Below, piece after piece: positions 39,889 through 52,708 of a DNA stretch of 64,000 bases. This DNA is from Botryllus schlosseri (lineage: Eukaryota). Position 1 is the stretch's first letter; every line of letters starts with the position of its first letter. The notes beneath the pieces were generated by a model. That model saw nothing but the letters and a program-made list of their open reading frames with translations. It was not told the origin of the DNA and did not search any database. The stretch is from assembly GCA_051294905.1 (NCBI GenBank), contig CM119371.1, positions 13,022,001 through 13,086,000 of the forward strand, read 5' to 3'. The translations under genes and the position numbers were made by a program.

Positions 39889-42800
39889 TTACGTAGGTCT
39901 ATAGAAATCCGGGGGTTTCCTATTCCTAGGAGGATAACGTCTACCCGACGTACGGGCAGGACTAGCTGCAGGACCTTGTGCCCTGTTCCTCACCAATGGT
40001 TGCTCAGCTTGTGACTGTTGCGGCTGAGCAACATCCTGTGTAGCTGTATTATTGCCTGCTGAAATCAAGCGTGGTTGGAGTTGGTTCTTGTGCCTTCTCC
40101 AGTACCCATGATCTGTTTTTATAATGTACACAACACGCCCCAGTATTTCCGTTACCATGCCAGCAACCCACTTTGGTCCCCGTCGGTAACTACGAGCGTA
40201 AACCGAGGAACCAATCTCGAAATGAGTGACCGATTGTCTAGGCGTAACGGGTTTCGATTTATCGAAGGGCGAGCACAAACTTAACAGATTGCGCGGCTGC
40301 CGACCATGTAAAATATCCGCAGGCGTTTTCCAGTCTATGCCCGGGTGCGGTGCACATCGGTATGTAGCGAGAAGTGTTTGGAGCGCGAAGTTGAGATCTT
40401 TTCCCCCGTCGCAATTTTTTAGTAATCCAGCTTTAAAGTCTGGACGAAACACTCCGCTTCCCCGTTCGATGCAGGGTGAAAAGACGGTGATACGATATGG
40501 CTAATTGCCAAATTAGAGCAAAACGTATCGAATTCATCCGATGTGAATTGCGGCCCGCCATCCGCGACAATTGTTACGGGCAAGCCTTCAATAGAGAAGA
40601 CTTCCCGCAAAGCGTTGACTACACACAAGGTTGTGGTAGATCCGACATTCATTACTTTAACGAAAGGATATTTCGAATGCGCATCGACGATCACAAGAAA
40701 CATTTTATTGTTTATTGGACCTGCGAAGTCCAAGTGAATTCGATCAAAGCTTTCGGAAGTTTTGGGCCATTCGCGATATTGACGATCAGGCGCTTTCATT
40801 ACTTTGCGGCAAGCGTCGCAACTCTTTACGAGATTTTCAATGTCGCGATTAATAGAAGGCCATGCGATGTAACGTCGAGCCATCTGCTTCATTTTCGCGA
40901 TACCCCAATGTCCTTCGTGCAACAACGATAAGACTCGAGAGCGAAGTGACTGCGGAATTACTACGCGCTGAAAACCATCAATATTGAGCATGACTTGACT
41001 ATGTCTTCGTGCAGAGAAAGCGAATGTTTGCGAGTCGAAAACCAAGAAAAATCATCAATGTGCGTCTTTGGATTCCAATTACCATGAGCGACAGATAATT
41101 TTACTAGTTTCATGGTTTTGTCCTTCAGCGTCGCGTCGCGAATTTCATTGCGAGCCATCGAATGCCATATTAATAGCGTGAACGATCTCCGCGTTTTCAC
41201 GAATTTCCAGTTCGTCAAACTCAGGGTCTGGACCCTTTGGTAGGCGAGATAAACCGTCGGCGTTTCCGTGCTGATTAGTCCGTTTATAGCGAATGTCGTA
41301 TTGGTAAGCCATGAGCGTTAGTGCCCATCGCTGTAAGCGTTGCGCTGTAATCACGGGAATTTTCTTGTCTGGCGAGAAAATAGCTAAAAGCGGTTTGTGG
41401 TCCGTTACGAGCGTAAATTTTCTACCATACAAGAATTGACGAAATTTAGTGACTCCGTAAATGATTGACAGAGCTTCCTTCTCGATTTGAGAGTAGGATT
41501 TTTGCGAATCGGAAAGTGTTTTCGATGCGTCTCTCTTCGCCATTGTGCTCGATCGAGAGGACAGCGCCGATTCCGAATTGAGAAGCATCCGTCGACAACA
41601 TGAGCTGCTTGTTTATATCATAATGAGCTAACTGCGTACGTCGATTACGTCGTTTTTGAGAATGCGAAAAGCTGCGTCACAGTCCGTATTCCAAATGAAT
41701 TTCGCGTCTTTTTGAAGAAGACGGTACAAGGCAGCGGCTTTATTCGTGAAATTAGGAATAAACGCGCGGTAATAATCGACTTTGCCCAGGAATGCCTGTA
41801 GCTGGCGAACATCCTGAGGTTTAGGCAACTGTTTGATTGCTTCAACGGATTTCTGAGACGGGCGTTTGTCGTCCTTGTCGATTATATGACCAAGGTACTC
41901 GATACTACTTTTGAAAAATTCACATTTCGCGAAATTGACGGTGAAACCGTATTCGGTGAGGCGCTAAAAGAGTAGTGATAAGTTGCGAAAATGATCGCGT
42001 TCATCAATACCAGTAACGATTATGTCATCGATAAAACTAGCAACACCGGGTAAGCCGGCGATCATGGCATCAATACAGCGTTGAAAATTTGCTGGACTAG
42101 ATGCGACTCCGAAACACATGCGTCGACAACGGAATAGACCGAATTGCGTGTTGATGACACACAAATTCTTCGCATCATCATCTAATTCTAGCTGAAAATA
42201 AGCATCGGCAAGATCAATTTTCGAGAAAATACAATTACCCTGTAACTTGTGAAGAATTTCATCCAAGGAGGGCAGGGGATGTTGATCTATCTGAATTTGT
42301 TGATTCAATGCTTTGAAGTCACCACAAATGCGTACTGATCCATTAGACTTGATGACGGCAACAATTGGTGCTGCCCAATCACTGTAATTGATTGGTTCGA
42401 GGATACCTTGATTGACTAGTCTATCCAATTCGGTTTGAACAGCGATTTGCCTTGCGAAAGGCAAAGGACGTGGCTTGTTAAATACGGGCTTGGCATTAGG
42501 TTTCAAGTGAATTGTCACCTTTGTCTTGGTGCATCGTCCTAATACATTAGAGAAAACGGAGGAAAATTTGGACTGAAAAGATACCAATTTGTCGTTCGAA
42601 TCAGAAATGTAAATAGTATTACATGATTGCGATTTGACCATCTGCGAGGAAATTGCATCCTAAGCAGAAGTTCCCTTAGCGGTCATGGAGAAAGCATCGC
42701 TCCAATCGAGACTAAAAATGTTTTGCCCACGGTGTTCGTCGAGAACTACCAATTTTAAGCCAACTCGAACTTCAGAACCCACCTGCACGGTTACAGTGCA

Positions 42801-44119
42801 AATATCTTTCACTTTCAGTGGCTTGTCGCCGTACGCTACGAAAGAGCAATGGTATGCTGAGAGTTTCGGAGAGCCCAAAGTTTTGTACCCAGTCAACCCC
42901 ACCATGGCGGAGGGTGCACCAGTGTCCCACTGTGTCGGCAACGGAATGCCGTTGATGCTGGAGTTGATCCAGAGCTGGTTTCCTACGCGTCGATATAGTA
43001 GATCGATGTCGAAGGAGAGGAGTGGCACTGAGCAGAAATTGACGGATGTGACCTGTTGCGTGATACTAGGTTTGGTAGACATGCACACAGGTTTTATATG
43101 ACCTTTACGACCACATTTCTGACATACTGCATGTCGATATTGACAGTCTTTTCTCTGGTGATCGATGAAACAGCGGCTGCAGGATTTCAGTCTTTCCGGG
43201 AAGTTGCCTTGGATGGATTTGCAAGGTTTTCTCCCCTTCTGATAACTTCCCGTCATTTTGTTGACGATGGAAGTGTCTTTACCGCTACTCTCGCCCCGGA
43301 TAACCCTATCGGTTTCCAGCGTTCTCACGTGTGTTGCAGCTACTTTGAGAACGTCGTCAAGGGATGGATTGGTTTGTGTTAGACAATGCCGTCTCACATC
43401 CGCGTGCGGCGTTTCTTTAATGATGAGATCGCGCATTAGCTCATCAACGTAGCTCTGAACACAGCCATCTCTTGAGCATGTGAAGTTGCAATCCTTGGAG
43501 ATTCCGCGTAGAGGTGCGATCCAATCGGCGTACGATTGCCCCGGTTGCATTTTGCAATTGTAAAATTCGTACCTGGCTGCTTGCACATGAATTGAGTCCT
43601 TGAAGTGTGTTGACAATTTCTCAGTCAACGCGTCGAAAGTTTGCGCACTGACATCAGCAGCACCACCAAACAAATTACGTAGGAGCGAGTACGTTTCAGG
43701 TCCAACTCATGAGAGTAGACACGCTCTTTTCTTCTCCATGTTGGAAATGCCGTAAATTGCTAGGTAATGGTTGAATCGCTGGAGATATTGGTCCCACTTC
43801 TCCTTTGAATTTACGAACGAATCAAACTTGGAGCGGTAGCTTCTGATGTTGACGTACCGGGACTCAACCTCTGTGATAATTGCGATATGGCTTGCTCATG
43901 CTGCAGCTTTTGCTGTGCCATGTCTTCTCTGTGCTGTGCGCGTTGTTGGTCCAAATCTTCTCTGTGCCGAGCATTTTGCTGCTCCAGATTTGCCTGTTGC
44001 TGCTCCAGCTCTTCTTTACGCTGTGCTTTTTGATTTGCCATGGTTTCTTCATGCTGCCTTTGTTGCTTCGCCATCATTTCTTGCTGCTGCTCTAGAAGCT
44101 TCAATATACTTGCTTCCAT
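39889..44119 (-). pseudogene. gag-pol: gag-pol polyprotein broken by several stops and frameshifts
   Basis: Zn knuckles CSRCFIDHQRKDC and CQKCGRKGHIKPVC; protease WDTGA; RT VRICGDFK, FSKIDLADAY, ASFIDD; RNase H YSQIEKEAL, TDHKPL, NADGLSR; integrase HEGH..CDAC, HLDFAGP, SNGEAE. Confidence 0.95.
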
Positions 44120-44149
44120 AATGTTTCTCAGTCGCAGAAATAAATATGA

Positions 44150-44167
44150 ATCCGACTTCTGACACCA
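44150..44167 (-). other. Primer binding site, tRNA-Leu type
   Basis: TGGTGTCAGAAGTCGGAT, 2 nt after the 5' LTR, complementary with one mismatch to the tRNA-Leu(CAA) 3' end ATCCCACTTCTGACACCA. Confidence 0.8.
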
Positions 44168-44169
44168 AT

Positions 44170-44423
44170 TGTTATGTTCTTGATCTTGTTTGAACAATAT
44201 CTCAATACGACGAGGTTGCAACACGGAATCAGTATATTATACAGCAGAATAACTTCAGGCAGCGACACGATCCAGAGTATAGTTAATTGAAAGAGCACGA
44301 GACAACAGAACACAGGGTATAAATACAAGCATGACACACGAGGAAATAATGATTGGCGGTAATTACTAGTCCTATATAAATTAGGAGTTGAACAACACTG
44401 AACGAAAATGCACGAACATAACA
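44170..44423 (-). repeat. 5' LTR
   Basis: Direct repeat of 39602-39855. Confidence 0.95.
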
Positions 44424-44780
44424 GTTTCTTTGCTCTAATTTGAATCTAATTTGTGAAAACAACTGTGTTACCATAATTCTAATTCTACTCCAATTTTTGA
44501 AATGTTTATTTTGCTCTAATTAGGATCTAATTTGTGATAACAATTGTGTCGCTATGACTCTAATTCTACTCCAATTTGGGAAATATTTTTTGTAATAATT
44601 AGAATCAAATTTTTGAAAACAACTGTGTTGCTATGATTGTAATTCTACTCCAATTTGTGAAATGTTTCTTCGCTCTGATTCAAATGTAATTTGTGTTTGC
44701 AACTGTGTCGCTATAATTCTAATTCCATACCAATTTGTGAAATGTTTCTTTGCTCTAATTAGAAACTAATTTATGATAAC
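44424..44780. repeat. 80-bp satellite in EnSpm copy 2, right part
   Basis: Unit resumes in register after the TSD; about 4 units. Confidence 0.9.
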
Positions 44781-47700
44781 TTTGTATCTGTAGGTAGTTC
44801 TTATTTCTATTTGGAAAAGCTTAAGTTTTTCAATTGTACAAGCTAGAAATGCACACATTTTCGTCTGCAAATGAATGTTCTGTATTCATCTTTCGTTGCA
44901 ATAAAAAAAATTTTGAGCCTAAGCTGAGTAAATTTCATGGATGGCTGGTATTAATTTCGAGCTCTGCACCAGTCAGCATGAACACACCACCACTAAACAC
45001 AGGATAGCCAGGCACACATCGGCTCCAGCACGTTGTGTGGTAGTTTAAAAAAACGGATTTGGCGTGTAAGTTTGCGTTCCTCTGCACGCATTCGAATTTA
45101 GAGTGTATCATCCATCTGTAGGCTGTAGGCGACTAACTCTTGTCTGTTTTATACAATCGTATTCCATCGGTGTCACTTGTCAGTGTTTGATTTGTTATAA
45201 ATTATGTGTATTGTGCAGTGCACGGCGTTGAATTACGTTCTCAAATATTGATGCAATACGGGAGTCTCGGTGGCGCAAATTCTGAATATTTTCGATTAGT
45301 TTGAACGGGAATCTTCTATGTTCCAATAAACTTCATCGAGCGCAACCATATCGCGGATCGAATTTAAAACCTTTGGGATATGTGTTATTAGTGATAAGGT
45401 CGCGGCATGCGCCCATATTGCTCTTGCGGCAAGAACACGTGGATAATTAAAAGCGCACCGTTCCACGTTTTAAATCGACTGGCTGATCGGGGCATACGTA
45501 TAGGCCGTAGGCCCGGGGCAGATATTACCAGCGGGTTGTTGGCAATAAAACCCTAGGTGCGTGGCCAGGGAGTTTCACATTTATAGCTAGAAATCATGTC
45601 CTTTAGAAATGCCAATTCAATAATTCGTATTATCGATGCCGCCTAATCCAAATTAGCGAGAATCAATTGTATGTGACATGGGTCATCGATATCTCATGTG
45701 CACTATCGTCGGTGGTTTGATTTAGCGTGTCCACATGCAGGCCTGCTACCATTGGCAGAAACACTTTCGCCAAACAGTAACAATCTATGAGTGTAATATA
45801 GTTTGTGTTATGTATCTGTTTGATTAAAACTTATGCCCGCATCTGAACAAATTGTGCTCATTGTCATTACCGAATCTGGGTATTTAGGTATGACTAGCGC
45901 ACCATGTAACTGCAATTATTGCAGGTTTGCGGCATGTCTGCAATTTCGTTATCAGCGCAACCTTGCTGGCCGATTGTTCAGTCAGATAAAATTGATCACT
46001 ACTATTTCGCACGGCGTACTGATGTTGATTTCAGCAAACGAACGATCCTTATTAGATCTACAAATTCGACCTCATCGTTAGAAACGTAGATTTCCTCGCG
46101 CGCTCTGAGAAACACCATCTTCTATCGCGATTTGATGACGAAATATACGATCACCTTCTACAACGTCAAGTGCATTATTTGCAGCGATGAGGGCCGTAAG
46201 CCGCGTTCAAAATATTTTGTGGACCCCAATTTTGTGGTAAATATTCTCGGAGCGCAACGTTAAACATTGTTTTATTGTCAGTGCCTGCTAGTTGGAATTT
46301 ATTTCAGTGCCCATACTATTAATCCTATTATGCTTTGCGAACGTAAATCGGAAAATGCAGCAATGCAGTCAAAATCGATGTTTTAATCAGCAACCAATTG
46401 CTACTGAATACTAACTAAAAACCCATTGTGTTGGCGGTAACAGATATTTACTGATTGGCCGCGCGCGTTTGTAATCATAATTCTCGTCTGTCTTTCGTGT
46501 TCCAGAATTGTCGCGCTGTGAAACCTACCAAGACCAACATGCTACGTTGTTACAGTGTTTCATATACTTGAAAATGCCTTAAACATTTACAAATCCGACT
46601 CATCGCAAAATGGATGATGCAGAAATGATTACGAGCCGACTACAATGTAGTATTCCAATTGAAGCGATACCTTTCAAGCCATGTATGAAATCGATTACCT
46701 TATGTCACTTATCATTTTGCGAAAGTAATGTATAATTCATTCACATGGTGATTCCCTTATTATACGTGGCATGGATGGTGTCACTTGCGAGAGGTGCCCT
46801 TGGAACTCTTATGGCCATCACTACTATCAATAATAGCATCAGACTTGTGTAGAAGCTACCATGTTAGTTTTTACTTTGAACAATATGCCTGATGAAGTTA
46901 CCAATTTATTCATTAGGATATAGGCCTCTACATAGATGAGGGGTAATACCATATAGATGCGCCACATGCGAGAAGCAGACGTGAAACACCAAATGGAAAT
47001 ATTATAAAATGGATCATGAGCAATATAGCGTCTAACACAATTTTCATATTTCTTGTTGTAGTCCGAGCTCATAGAAGCTTTGTCGTTTTCCTGGGTCGAA
47101 CCAAGCGGCATAATCAATAAGGATTGAATGATAACAATATCATATGATAGTCTGATACGTTGCTACGTCATTAGATTGTGTTTTTGTGCGGTGAGTATGT
47201 CCGGAAGTGTGAGTCATTAAATATGTTGGATTAATATTCAACAAAAAATCCATTAGCTACACATAGCGGAGTGGACATTCCTCTGAGTAATTATGACTGA
47301 ACCGAGGGAATTGTTGCTGAGTTATCGCTTTTCTGGATTAGCTGCTTGTGGAAGTCTTCTAAGGTTAGGTTAAGTTTGAGTTAAAATAACGGGTCGACGT
47401 TTAGGATGAAGGTTTTATCAACGAGACAGTGAAGTCCAATAAGTAGTCAAGTATAATATTTGTTTCATATGACAGGCGATGTAGAAAGTAGCATATCGCT
47501 GTATGTACTTCATGAACAATAGCAAAGAGCTACGCTAATCTGCTTTAAATTGATATGCATTCGATTTTATTTAGTTGATCAGGTTTCACTTGGCATTTCG
47601 TTTGATCATACGAATAAATGAATAACGAAAATAATACTTATATGCAGTACAGTGCCATAATCATATATGAATTAAAGACTACCACTTTTGGTGCTATTTC

Positions 47701-48026
47701 ATTCCATCCTGTCGGAATGTAGGATGATCAATGCGTGTCTAAATAAATATTGTGAGACGGCATTCAACTGCTTGCCACTGCAATTATTGACACGAGAGCT
47801 GCCAAAATATACCATATTCTACGGGATAAATGTTTTTTTCGTTGCTTTGATTAAGAATGGCGACTAGAATCTAGATGATCCGAAGAAGACATACAACTGG
47901 TTTTACACCTATCCACGACTTTAAGGATAAGGCAATAATACGTTTTCTCAATATATATTTATAGTTACATTCAGTTTGCTATTCATTACTCTACTTGGCT
48001 CATTTGAGAAAAAGATAGGTATAGAC

Positions 48027-48556
48027 CAGGGGCGGGCAACTTCCCCGGTCGGCGGGCCGGATATAGGAAAATTAAGTACTTGGCGGGCCAAATTGCTGAA
48101 TTGATACATTATTCGCCCATTAATCCGCATATACAAGGAACGAATCAAATTTAATGAATGTATTTTAACGACAGCGATGTCACTTCAAAGCCATTTCTCG
48201 CCGATAATGGATTTGAGAACAGCATTGTCATACTGGCGCCGCCATGTCTGCTTCTCTCTGATCAATTAACACACGGTACAATCCTTAATTAAGATTTTAA
48301 GGCGTTCGATGAGACCGATACACCAAATTTACCAAGATATCAATTCATTGGGTTCCAGTACGTGGTAAATGTCGATAACACAAGTCTTCTCGCTTCGATG
48401 AACTTACGCGTAAGCTTTAATCAAGTATATAATAACATAAAGTTACTAAAATTTTACGCTTAAGAAAGTAGTGCGTAATCTCGGCAGACTGGGCCGCGGG
48501 CCACATTATCATGTAATGAGGGAAAATGTCCGCGGACCGTATGTTGCCTGTCCCTG
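48027..48556. mobile_element. hAT (Buster/Charlie-type) MITE
   Basis: CAGGGGCGGGCAAC / GTTGCCTGTCCCTG; TSD GTATAGAC/GTAGGGAC. Confidence 0.7.
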
Positions 48557-48926
48557 GTAGGGACTTATAGTTCATATAGTTAATGTAACGTCGCTTGCCT
48601 GTGTAATTCGACAAGATGGTTTTTACACTGTTTCAACTTTTTTTTGAGGCCGCATACCGAGCACATCGTCTCTATAAATACCTAAGTACATTGTGTTTAA
48701 AATCCGAATGCATTTAGAACACACATGTTAAAACCTAGCTCCTTTTAAAAAACTTATTCAGCCAAAACCGCCGTTTGAAAAGTAGGGCTGACCCTCGTCC
48801 ATACTACTGGTTAGTAATAACATTCTTGGTGTCTAGCTATACAAGGTATGCCCACATCGTAGACTAATCTTACCACGCCAACTAGCATCCGATAGTTTAG
48901 TGTAAAAACCTTACAAACATCGAAAT

Positions 48927-49036
48927 ATGATCACCGAAAGGATTTGCAAAGGCGACTCGAAAACTATTCAGTGTACAGATGACCATTTTTTGGATATCAG
49001 ATATGCAAATTACGGAAGAGTAGCCATGTTTGCCCG
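48927..49036 (+). pseudogene. Gene 2 exon: N-half of SUEL/rhamnose-binding lectin domain
   Basis: MITERICKGDSKTIQCTDDHFLDIRYANYGRVAMFA(R); hallmark ANYGR; donor CCG|gtgagc phase 2; 5' boundary uncertain (acceptor candidate at 48900). Confidence 0.85.
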
Positions 49037-49882
49037 GTGAGCATATTCGCCTCTGTTGCACTCTAAGAGTCTATGAGTTCCCGTATGGATCTATGCATCA
49101 CTACCGCGTGCGTCAGACGGTAATGTGGTCATTTATTATAGAGCGACACTGGACTGATCCTGACATATAGGACACCCCCGAAGGCAATGTGTTCACAATT
49201 AAGTACACACAGGAAAATCTGTGTGACTCTTTTTCTCTTGAGCTACTCTCTCGTTTCGCCAGACAGCATTGTTGCGTCCCAATGCCAATCTCCATAACAA
49301 TGAAAAATCTGAGGCTGATTGTGGGAGTTCCAGGCCACGAGCGGAATATAATATATATTTTCTCAATCAGTGCAGAGTCAGCTTTCGATTGATACCTGTT
49401 TTACCAAATTTAATGCTCGGCAATCCGGTCAAAAATGACCGTCAAATTGCTCGTAGCCAAATGGAAATTGTGACGTGATACAATTTCACTGAGGCGTGAG
49501 ATTTGCCTGTGTCGACACCATATAGGACACTATGATCAGACTATCAGACAGCTACTTGAAAATATCCTAATAATCATCAACCCAACTATTACTTTTTCCA
49601 TACCTACGGCGATGGTGGTTTACTGGAATCAATCCTAGTGACATATTTCGGCGTTAGCATGATAATTGAAAGATATTGGGTAGTTTGTGAATATTGGGAA
49701 GGATATCGCACAATACACGAATAAGATTTTCAAGAGATGACGACTTCGTATGCTGTTTTGCTACTTATTCTGTATGCCCGATTGCGTAAATTTTCGTATG
49801 TGTAAATTGAATGTTGATGAACACCAGATCTTTTTTTTGAATATGTGTTAATGGCAGCAGTTTGGAAACCGTAGCTCTTGAG

Positions 49883-50837
49883 CAGGGGTGGGCAATTATT
49901 TTCCTCCGCGGGCCAAATGAGAAGTATAAATACGTTGACGGGCCGAGTAAAATCTTTTAGCGAAATTCTCCAGCCTGTTTTAATTTTATTTCTAAACTGC
50001 ATTTTTCTTCACATGCTGCTGATGTCAAATAATGAGAATAGGACGGATAATTCAAAAAAGATCTATGTTCCATCATGATTCGAAACAATGTTACACGTGA
50101 TACATTCTAACTCTCTGTAAACTCCTATCCACGTTTTAGTACTAAGCTTATTGTCTTGGTCGTTGCCTTCCGAGTAGTGTGCAGATTAAATAGCCACGAC
50201 CTGAATTGTTGGAATTCGCCTTGCCTTTACCGAGCGTTTCGTGTTTTGTCATAAGACCCACTTTAATTAAAATTGTCAATCTCGGCGACATACTCAGCAC
50301 AAACTAAAAGGACGCATTTACTCCTGACCCCAGAATACAAATATTTAGTGCTCAAAAACCTTCTCTAAATTTCAATTTTAGGATTTCTATTTTGACATGC
50401 CTGTTCATCCTTTTTGGGTGATAGTTATGATAGTAATCGCGAGCACCGATTGACTTGTTTTATGAATTAGGGATTTAGAAACGTATCCCGTGGCAATTTG
50501 AAGCACATGCCGTATAAGACGAAGTGCGACAATGGCAACAAAGAAGGTTTCAACTCAATTATATGTAAAGAGTGATTTCTTGTGACTTTAATTGCTACTC
50601 ATACTTTGCCACATAACCTTTATTTTGAATCTGGATTGCGTATACGAGGTCCGTACCTTGTAGGCATTGTAATCGTGGCATGTTAATGAACAGTCTTCAA
50701 AGTAAACGAAATTCCTGCTGAGTTGACACAGCCTATGGTTTTAGTCATTCAAAAATCAAGTGTTACGTTTTTAATTTTAAATTACCTTCCGCGGGTCGCA
50801 CAGTGTAGCGTCGCTGACCGCACTTTGCCCAGATCTG
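49883..50837. mobile_element. Old hAT (Buster-type) element in a gene 2 intron
   Basis: CAGGGGTGGGCAA / TTGCCCAGATCTG; degenerate TSD CTCTTGAG/CTGTTGAC. Confidence 0.6.
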
Positions 50838-51057
50838 CTGTTGACGGAACAACTGACAAATATCTCAACATCTCAAACTCATATTCTACTCAAAACCTAT
50901 AGCAGCGTGCCCCGCTGTGGCGAAGTATGGCCCAGCAATGACATTTGGGTGAGATCAGTCGTTGACACATAATGTTGGCCGAATATTTGTCGTAATGTCT
51001 TCTATATAGCACATTGCCAATACATTAGCTCACGCAAATATTCTTATCTTCTTAAAG

Positions 51058-51230
51058 ATGCGGTCACTCTTGGACGAGGGAATGTAAGATTCCGGATAGC
51101 TTGAAGATAGTGAAAACGTCTTGCCAGGGCCGAACATCCTGTCTACTGGAAGCGTCTGTTTTCGTATTTGGTGTAGAGTGCAATCATGCTAACAGATATC
51201 TCAAAGTTGAATAACAGTGTGTGACCCAAG
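51058..51230 (+). pseudogene. Gene 2 exon: C-half of SUEL domain with in-frame stop
   Basis: CGHSWTRECKIPDSLKIVKTSCQGRTSCLLEASVFVFGVECNHANRYLKVE*QCVTQ; acceptor ttcttatcttcttaaag, donor AAG|gtacga, phase 2-1; TAA 51212-51214 at the conserved Tyr position. Confidence 0.85.
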
Positions 51231-51249
51231 GTACGATCATCTGATAGAG

Positions 51250-51934
51250 CAGAGATTCCCAAACAGTGTGTCGCGCAACATTAGTGCGCCGCCACAGCTA
51301 CTCAGGTGTGTCTGAAGTTTTTTATTTTAATTTTGGAAAGGAACTCCATATGTATGCCTATATATACATGAATTCAGGCAAGCATATTCGTCTCGGAAAC
51401 GCTTTAACTCTGTTAGACATATGAGCTGATAAATTGGCGCATGTGATCATTATATTAGAACCAATCAGGATATTGCATTTGAGTAGGGTAATTTTCGCGT
51501 CATAATTGTCGAAGATGGTCTAAATTCGTTTTACGCTCATAGTGAATCAACTTATAAACAGTATACTAATTCGAAACCCTTGAGCATCCTACCTTGACGT
51601 AATTTGCATTGCAATATTACTTCTCGGGAATCGTTGTTTACAACTTTAATGGGTTTGTTAGTCGATTTGGAAGAAGCATCAAGCAAACAGCTCATCTATT
51701 TAGGAATTGCCCATTCTTAACTACGTTCTTTCCACCAAAATGGAGAAAGAGAGACAGAGAGAGAGAGAGACTGCTCGGAATTAACGAAGAAATTGGTTTG
51801 TTTGTCAACAATGCAATATAACCTCATTCTAGCCGTATATATTGGTATTAATAACGATCTGTTATATGAGTGTGTCGCAAGCGTTTTATAATTTTCCTAG
51901 TGGGCCACAAGCGTAAAAACTTTGGGAACCGCTG
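51250..51934. mobile_element. Old hAT-type MITE
   Basis: CAGAGATTCCCAAA / TTTGGGAACCGCTG inverted ends; TSD poorly conserved. Confidence 0.55.
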
Positions 51935-52241
51935 CCATAAAGACTTGTAAGTATCTATTGAAAATAATATGTTGATATACACAAGGTATGAATATAACAG
52001 TCAGGCCGGCATGTCAACATCGCTAGAGCCAATAATTTTATGAAAACTCAATGATCTTATGTCACAACTCTCGATATATATTTAGTATGGGAGAACAACC
52101 ATTCATTATCTTTTTTGGTGTGAAATTACCTCCATGGACGACCATGGTGAGGTATATTCACATCACCCCTTATATATCCACTGTTACACCTCACAATGCC
52201 ACATGTAAAATTTACCAATAACATTAAGACTCTTGTTTTAG

Positions 52242-52324
52242 CGTCAACAAGTACATCTACCTCGTACACATTTACAAGGACGGCAGCTTTACCGTTACTA
52301 CCGCGAGATTCTGAATCTCCTTCC
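52242..52324 (+). pseudogene. Gene 2 probable S/T-rich stalk exon
   Basis: Acceptor tcttgttttag, donor gtaagg; (A)STSTSTSYTFTRTAALPLLPRDSESPS; 83 nt, exits in phase 0 whereas the next exon needs phase 1. Confidence 0.55.
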
Positions 52325-52360
52325 GTAAGGGACTACAATCATATCGAAAGTACGATATAT

Positions 52361-52708
52361 TAGGCTTACCATACGTCCTCTTTTGAGAGGATATGGCCTA
52401 TTTTTTGACTTTTTTGAAAGTGTCCTCGGAGGGCGACCTTTTGTCCTCTTTTTTGAGATTTTGTCCTCTTTTTTGAAAATTCAGATCAGATTTAGAGCAA
52501 ATTGCCAGTGATATGCCGTGAATTGACGCTCCGTAGGGTATTTCGGAGCGAAAAACGGTATTTTGAGCCCCGAGTGGAAATATGACCTTTTTTATTTTCT
52601 ATTTTTTAGTCATCCACCTAGCATCACGGAGAAAAAAAAACGGTAGCCTATTATGAGCTCAGAGCGGAAAGTTGACCCTTTTTTTTAGTCAACCGATCAC
52701 AAAGTGGG
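52361..52708. mobile_element. TAGGCTTACCATA-family MITE, right end missing
   Basis: Left TIR and body align to 4506-4920; sequence breaks off after cacaaagtggg. Confidence 0.8.

Larger units (their letters stand above)
39602..44423 (-). mobile_element. Full-length Ty3/Gypsy LTR retrotransposon, Mag-like, decayed
   Basis: Two 254-bp TG...CA LTRs, 5-bp TSD GTTTC, PBS, PPT, domain order gag-PR-RT-RH-INT. Confidence 0.97.
34320..45105 (+). mobile_element. CACTA/EnSpm-like transposon, copy 2 (longer, contains Gypsy insertion)
   Basis: TA|CACTCTAAAT ... ATTTAGAGTG|TA; highly similar to copy 1 over 34320-36707 and 44770-45105. Confidence 0.8.

Noticed and set aside
40497..43452. Plus-strand ORFs over the retrotransposon
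   Set aside because: Antisense shadows of gag-pol
22099..45105. Ordinary segmental duplication or uncollapsed haplotype
   Set aside because: Homology stops at inverted termini and the flanking DNA is unrelated
46506..47190. Coding exon with signal-peptide-like MVIPLLYVAWMVSLARG or a CERCPWNSY cysteine repeat
   Set aside because: Plausible splice sites but stops in every frame checked; no family could be supported
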